Shown here: one piece after another, positions 30,052 through 34,109 of the stretch
How the letters are laid out: every line of letters begins with the position of its first letter
Position numbering within the stretch: the first letter of the stretch is position 1
From: Patescibacteria group bacterium
Lineage (GTDB): Bacteria; Patescibacteriota; Minisyncoccia; Minisyncoccales; PWPS01
Direction: 5' to 3'
Length of the DNA stretch: 34,109 nt
Assembly: GCA_034661095.1 (NCBI GenBank)
Contig: JAYEKQ010000041.1
Location: 1 to 34,109, forward strand
Notes under the pieces: generated by a model
What the model saw: only the letters and a program-made list of their open reading frames with translations
Database searches by the model: none
What the model was told of the DNA's origin: nothing
Made by a program: the position numbers and the translations under genes

Positions 30052-30360
30052 ATGAAAAAAAATATATTTTCTACAAAAGAAAAAGCAATTGAAGCGCGAA
30101 AATGTTTTGATTGTAGTTGCGAAATAAAAATTGAAGGAAGAGAGATAAAAAATGGAGTTCTCTTGCAGTATGAAGATAATGGTGAAGAGCTTTTTACGAT
30201 GAAATGTAACAACTGCTACGAAAAAAACGAAGGAATTACTGACTATAAAGAATGTGAAGTTTATTCAAGAATTGTCGGTTATCTTCGTCCAGTCAATAAC
30301 TACAATCCAGGAAAAAGAAAAGAATATGAAGAAAGAAAAGAATATATTGCAAAAGTATGA
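30052..30360 (+). CDS. Separate small protein carrying a Zn ribbon and the NrdD glycyl-radical motif
   Basis: The 102-aa ORF contains 'CFDC...CNNC...EVYSRIVGYLRPVNNYNPGKRKEYEERKEY', matching the canonical NrdD C-terminus (RxxGY...W/YNxGKxxE). The junction is TAAtATG with the upstream stop and ATGA with nrdG. Confidence 0.8.
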   Translation: MKKNIFSTKEKAIEARKCFDCSCEIKIEGREIKNGVLLQYEDNGEELFTMKCNNCYEKNEGITDYKECEVYSRIVGYLRPVNNYNPGKRKEYEERKEYIAKV

Positions 30361-31055
30361 AAATAGGCGGATTACAAAAATTAACACTAATTGATTACCC
30401 AGGATCGGTTGCCTGTACAGTTTTTCTTTCTGGTTGTAACTTTCGTTGTCCGTGGTGTTATTCAGCGGAACTTGTTTTACCAGAAAAGATTGAAAACCAA
30501 GTAGAAATAGAACAGAAAGAGTTTTTTAAGTTTTTGGAGCGAAGAGAAAAAACTCTTGATGGAGTTGTTATTTGTGGCGGAGAAGCAACCACAAATCCTT
30601 CTCTTCCTGAATTTGCAAGAAAGATAAAAGAGATGGGATTTAAAGTTAAACTAGATACTAACGGCTCTAACCCTCAGATGTTAAATCGTCTTCTTAAAGA
30701 AAAACTGTTGGATTATATTGCAATGGATGTCAAAAACAGCTTTGAAAAATATAGTGAAACAGTTGGAGTTGATTGTGACATTGAAAAGATAAAAAAAAGC
30801 ATTGATCTTATAAAAAATTCAGGAATAGACTACGAGTTTAGAACAACACTTGTTCCAGGAATTCATACTGAAGAGGATATAGAGAAGATAGGAAAAGCGG
30901 TTAAATCAGCAGAAAAATACTTTTTACAAAACTTTCTTCCCGAAAAAACAATCTACGGAGGATTTGTAGAAAAAACACCTTTTACAAAAGAACAGTTAGA
31001 AAAATTTAAAGAAAAAGTATCTCCTTTTGTTAAAAAGTGTGAAATAAGAAGTTAG
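30357..31055 (+). CDS. nrdG: Anaerobic ribonucleoside-triphosphate reductase activating protein (radical SAM)
   Basis: Features are 'DYPG', the 'CNFRCPWCY' CxxxCxxC cluster and 'GGE' motifs. Confidence 0.9.
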   Translation: MKIGGLQKLTLIDYPGSVACTVFLSGCNFRCPWCYSAELVLPEKIENQVEIEQKEFFKFLERREKTLDGVVICGGEATTNPSLPEFARKIKEMGFKVKLDTNGSNPQMLNRLLKEKLLDYIAMDVKNSFEKYSETVGVDCDIEKIKKSIDLIKNSGIDYEFRTTLVPGIHTEEDIEKIGKAVKSAEKYFLQNFLPEKTIYGGFVEKTPFTKEQLEKFKEKVSPFVKKCEIRS

Positions 31056-31075
31056 AAAAATAACCTTTTCTTTTT

Positions 31076-31105
31076 GTGCCGATTTTTAATCGGCACTTTT
31101 GTTTT
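31076..31105 (+). terminator. Rho-independent terminator after nrdG
   Basis: An 8-bp stem (GTGCCGAT/ATCGGCAC) with a 5-nt loop is followed by TTTTGTTTT. Confidence 0.7.
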
Positions 31106-31144
31106 GACTTTTATTTTAATTGCTTTATTATTAAAATTAAAATT

Positions 31145-32518
31145 ATGAAAATTTTAATTGCCTATTACTCTAGAACAAAAGAAATAGAAAAATTAGCAGA
31201 AAGAATAGAAGAAAAGTTAAAAAAAGAAGGGCATTCTGTTGATGTGGAAAAAATAATTCCAGCAAAAGAACACGACTGGTTTTTTTGGTTTTTCTTAAGA
31301 ATTTTCAAAGGAGAGTGCGACATAGAGCCACTAAAAATAAAAGATGCTACTGATTATGATTTAGTTCTTGTTGGTAGTCCTAACTGGACACGGCTTTCGT
31401 TACCTGTAGCGAGATACCTTAAAGAGATAAAAGGAATAATGTATAAAAATGTTGCTTTGTTTTCAACAACATTTGCTCCACCCACGGTTGAGCGGTATTC
31501 TCTTTCAGGATATTTGCTTGATTTTAACTTTAATAAAATTGTTGAAAAAAAAGGAGGTAGAGCAGTAGATACGATGCTAATTTCAAGTGCTTTTAAAAAA
31601 TGGGGGGTTGATTCTGATTACGGAAAAGAAAGAATTAGTAGGTTTTGTAGAAAGGCAACATCATCAGTTGTATCTTTTAAGGACTATTTTTTAAAACGAA
31701 AAGAAGTTCAAAATTTTCGTTTTCTTATAATTTTATTTTCTTTTTTGCTTTTACTTATTCTTGTCCTAAGAGTTGCTTTTGACAAAATTATTGCTGATAT
31801 TATTCTTTGGAGAGATTTTTCAGTAATTGTTATAATTCTGTTTTTTGCTTTTATTATATTAACACTGATTAGAAATAACAAAAAATTGTTTTTTTTGGGA
31901 AAATATATCTCTAGTTTTTCAGTAATTTTTGCGTGGACTCTTTTTATCTTTTATCTTTCGCCAGAATTAGGAATGGGGCGTTTAATGATGACAGGATATA
32001 TTTTTATCTTTGTTCTGTTTTCTTCTTTTCGCGATGAAATAATAGTCGCATTTTCAGGATTAATAGTGCTGTTGGGTTATATCTCTTTATTTTGCTTATT
32101 AACAGAAAAAGAATTTTTTAATATTGGATTAGATATGGGAATAATTGCAGGAAGTTGTTTTCTTTTTGTTTGGTTTACAGGAACTTTCCGAAACTACTAC
32201 TCAGTATTACTAGATGCTCAAGATGAGGTTGAAAAATCACGAAGAAGTTTAGAAGAAAAAGTTAAATTAAAAACAAAAGAGTTAAACGAGTTAAACGAAG
32301 GATTAGAAAAAGAGGTTGAGAAAAGAACCTCAAAAATAGAAGAACAAAAGAAAGAACTAAAAAAGAAGGTTGATTATTTGGAGCGATTTGGAAAAATAAC
32401 AGTAGGAAGAGAAGTCAAAATGAAAGACTTAAAAGAAGAAATAGAAGTATTAAAGAGAGAAAAAGAAGAGTTAGAAGAGAGAAAGGACATAGGACACGAA
32501 CCAAATAATGAAGAATAA
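31145..32518 (+). CDS. Flavodoxin-like domain + multi-TM region + C-terminal coiled-coil module (paralogous to the HAMP protein tail)
   Basis: 'MKILIAYYSRTKEIEKLAERI' is a flavodoxin-like fold, but the T/SxTGxT phosphate loop is degenerate. About 6 TM segments follow. The C-terminus 'KTKELNELNEGLE...RT...LERFGKITVGREVKMKDLKEEIEVLK' aligns with residues of 10027..11013. I prefer the ATG at 31145. Confidence 0.75.
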   Translation: MKILIAYYSRTKEIEKLAERIEEKLKKEGHSVDVEKIIPAKEHDWFFWFFLRIFKGECDIEPLKIKDATDYDLVLVGSPNWTRLSLPVARYLKEIKGIMYKNVALFSTTFAPPTVERYSLSGYLLDFNFNKIVEKKGGRAVDTMLISSAFKKWGVDSDYGKERISRFCRKATSSVVSFKDYFLKRKEVQNFRFLIILFSFLLLLILVLRVAFDKIIADIILWRDFSVIVIILFFAFIILTLIRNNKKLFFLGKYISSFSVIFAWTLFIFYLSPELGMGRLMMTGYIFIFVLFSSFRDEIIVAFSGLIVLLGYISLFCLLTEKEFFNIGLDMGIIAGSCFLFVWFTGTFRNYYSVLLDAQDEVEKSRRSLEEKVKLKTKELNELNEGLEKEVEKRTSKIEEQKKELKKKVDYLERFGKITVGREVKMKDLKEEIEVLKREKEELEERKDIGHEPNNEE

Positions 32519-33893
32519 AAAAATAATCACTTTTTCAAAAGTTTTTTTATTTTATTCACTTTCTTTTATTTTGGGAATTTTATTTGCGCCGATTAGTTTC
32601 TTAATCGGTGTTGTTTTTTGTCTCCTTCTTTTCTATATTCTCTCAAAAGATCATCTGATTACAGTTTTTTGTCTTTTATTCTTTGTTGCCAGTTTTTATT
32701 GTTTTCATCTTGCAGAATATAATTCATATTCAGAGTCAAAAACTTCTTTCACAGGAAGAGTTATTGAAACTTCTTTCATTGGAGAAGAAGCACAATCATT
32801 AACAATTAAAAACAAACAAGAAAAAGCAGTTGTTTATACATACAACTATCCCAAGTATCAGTGTGGTGAAACAGTTTTAGTAAGGGGAGAAGAAACTGTT
32901 TTTAATGATAAAAAATACTCAAATTATTTAAGAAAAGAAGGGGTTGTTTCTGTTTTTCAATATCCCGTAGTTGAATTAAAAAAAGAAAAAGAAACTTCTT
33001 TTCACTGTTTTCTCTTATCGCAAAAAGAAAAATTAAAAATAAACATAGAAAAATCGCTTCCTGCTCCTCATAGGTTTTTATTAGAGGCAATGATTTTAGG
33101 AGAAAGAGGATCTTTTACCGATGATTTTAACGAAAAATTAAGTATTTCTGGAACTCGCCATATAACAGCTATTTCTGGGATGCATATTGTTATTCTTTCT
33201 GGAATATTATTTTTTATTTTTTTAATAGCAGGAATTAAAAAAGGCATATCAGCTCTTTTAACAATTATTATGATTGCTATTTTTATTCTTTTTGTCGGAG
33301 CTCCTGCTTCTGCAGTAAGAGCGGGAATAATGGGAGGAGTTGTTTTATTGGCAACCATTGTTAATCGTAAAGCAAACCCTCTTCGTCTTCTTACATTTGT
33401 AGGAGCAGTAATGCTTTTTTTTAATCCCTTTCTTCTTCATTATGATTTAGGATTTCAACTCTCTTTTTTAGCCGTTTTAGGGATAATAACTCTTTATCCT
33501 CGGATAAAAAAAGTGTTAATGTCTCGTTTTAATTTTTTTAAAAAAAGGGAAAAATTAACAGATGTTATTGCAATTACAACTGGAGCACAGATCTTTGTTT
33601 TTCCGCTAATTCTTTACAACTTTGGACACATCTCCATCTTTTCTATTTTTGCAAATGTTTTAATTGTTCCACTTCTTCCTTTTATAATGATTGCTGGATT
33701 TTTAACAGCACTAACCGGATGGATTATTTTTTCAATCCCAACTTTCGTTATCCTCTCCTTTATAATCTTCATAATCAATCTAACATACAATCTCCCCTTT
33801 TCAGCAATCTACATAACAGGAGTCCCAACTCTTTTAATATTCCTACTATATGCCCAACTACTAACAATAATCCACAATAAAAAAATGCCATAG
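32508..33893 (+). CDS. comEC: ComEC/Rec2-family DNA internalisation channel protein, without a metallo-beta-lactamase domain
   Basis: It has an N-terminal OB-like region, then the polytopic competence domain ('GTRHITAISGMHI', 'GAPASAVRAG', 'LGFQLSFLAV'). The last codons and the TAG stop lie inside the palindromic hairpin. Confidence 0.85.
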   Translation: MKNKKIITFSKVFLFYSLSFILGILFAPISFLIGVVFCLLLFYILSKDHLITVFCLLFFVASFYCFHLAEYNSYSESKTSFTGRVIETSFIGEEAQSLTIKNKQEKAVVYTYNYPKYQCGETVLVRGEETVFNDKKYSNYLRKEGVVSVFQYPVVELKKEKETSFHCFLLSQKEKLKINIEKSLPAPHRFLLEAMILGERGSFTDDFNEKLSISGTRHITAISGMHIVILSGILFFIFLIAGIKKGISALLTIIMIAIFILFVGAPASAVRAGIMGGVVLLATIVNRKANPLRLLTFVGAVMLFFNPFLLHYDLGFQLSFLAVLGIITLYPRIKKVLMSRFNFFKKREKLTDVIAITTGAQIFVFPLILYNFGHISIFSIFANVLIVPLLPFIMIAGFLTALTGWIIFSIPTFVILSFIIFIINLTYNLPFSAIYITGVPTLLIFLLYAQLLTIIHNKKMP

Positions 33894-33910
33894 GTGACAC
33901 CTATGGCATT
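33879..33910. terminator. 25-nt palindromic hairpin overlapping the comEC stop codon, with an A-run upstream and no T-run downstream
   Basis: A7 is followed by ATGCCATAGGTGACACCTATGGCAT (33885-33909). Codons ATG CCA TAG are the end of comEC. Confidence 0.5.
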
Positions 33911-33914
33911 AAAT

Positions 33915-33970
33915 TGTCCAAGGTCCGACCTTCGCCCAAGGTCCGACCTTGTCGCCCAAGGTCCGACCTT
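33915..33970. repeat. Three tandem copies of the hairpin unit CCAAGGTCCGACCTT
   Basis: The copies are at 33918-33932, 33936-33950 and 33956-33970 (periods 18 and 20 nt). Each is an AAGGT/ACCTT stem related to the 19385 terminator variant. Confidence 0.8.
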
Positions 33971-34002
33971 GGGAACTTGGGAACTTGGGAACTTGGGAAC
34001 TT
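33971..34002. repeat. Octanucleotide microsatellite (GGGAACTT) x4
   Basis: Four perfect tandem copies directly abut the hairpin triplet. Confidence 0.9.
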
Positions 34003-34063
34003 TACTGACTATTTTATTTTAATTGATAAGATGCTATAATGATTTTATAATATAAAAATAAAT

Positions 34064-34099
34064 AAAAAACTCCATGTCCATCCTCGGGTTGGACATGGG
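34064..34099 (-). terminator. Hairpin at the window edge, possibly a minus-strand terminator for a gene beyond the window
   Basis: The stem CCATGTCCA/TGGACATGG (34072-34098) is preceded on plus by A6, which is a T-run after the hairpin on minus. The context is truncated. Confidence 0.3.
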
Positions 34100-34109
34100 G
34101 GAGAGATTA

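Noticed and set aside
33915-34002. Possible CRISPR array (short tandem repeats with a hairpin-forming unit).
   Set aside because: The units are 15 nt with 3-5-nt spacers and the octamer repeats have no spacers at all. This is far from the 25-40-nt repeat and 25-40-nt spacer geometry of CRISPR. No cas genes are present, and nothing else in the window resembles a CRISPR array.
1-34109. Alternative genetic code (UGA reassignment, as in some candidate-phylum bacteria) or a hidden defence or mobile-gene island.
   Set aside because: TGA closes well-supported ORFs, for example the glycyl-radical ORF and the first permease subunit, and long housekeeping ORFs are uninterrupted under code 11. No transposase, integrase, recombinase, Cas, restriction-modification (beyond a fragment), toxin-antitoxin or phage structural signatures were recognised among the ORFs.

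Overview
This is an AT-rich, gene-dense bacterial chromosomal segment. It uses the standard genetic code, and TAA, TAG and TGA all terminate convincing ORFs. Most genes are housekeeping: pyrG, a DEAD-box helicase, a CDP-alcohol phosphatidyltransferase, cspA-like, RNase R, topA, pth, lepB, hisS, rpsU-ybeY-ftsA-ftsZ, the class III ribonucleotide reductase genes nrdD/nrdG, and comEC. Accessory content is modest. It comprises a 5'-truncated Fic protein with a degenerate motif next to an orphan type I restriction R-subunit fragment. There is also a NifX-like/DUF5320/DUF134 trio, two tandem FN3+FISUMP surface proteins followed by a VKOR-type thioredoxin, and a minimal GGDEF protein. Two membrane 'sensor' proteins share a C-terminal coiled-coil module and have no enzymatic output domain. 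The gene content (anaerobic RNR only, minimal proteins, few regulators) suggests a small-genome uncultivated anaerobe, possibly CPR/Patescibacteria; this is inference only. I found no rRNA, bona fide tRNA, CRISPR array, transposase, integrase or recognisable defence operon. The most unusual material is non-coding. (1) A family of nested-palindrome elements with tRNA-T-arm-like termini has copies of 404 nt, 148 nt and 32 nt, plus a 10-nt core. The largest copy carries three long hairpins whose stems differ while a 39-nt loop box is conserved with a compensatory change. (2) A 25-nt perfect-palindrome terminator hairpin is reused after at least six genes. (3) A GTCATTCTGA...GAAGAATC inverted-repeat family occurs in four clusters. 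On the protein side, the notable points are an NrdD whose glycyl-radical domain is encoded by a separate 102-codon ORF and an FtsZ that ends at the globular core. All functional calls come from motif recognition by eye and from memory, with no database search.
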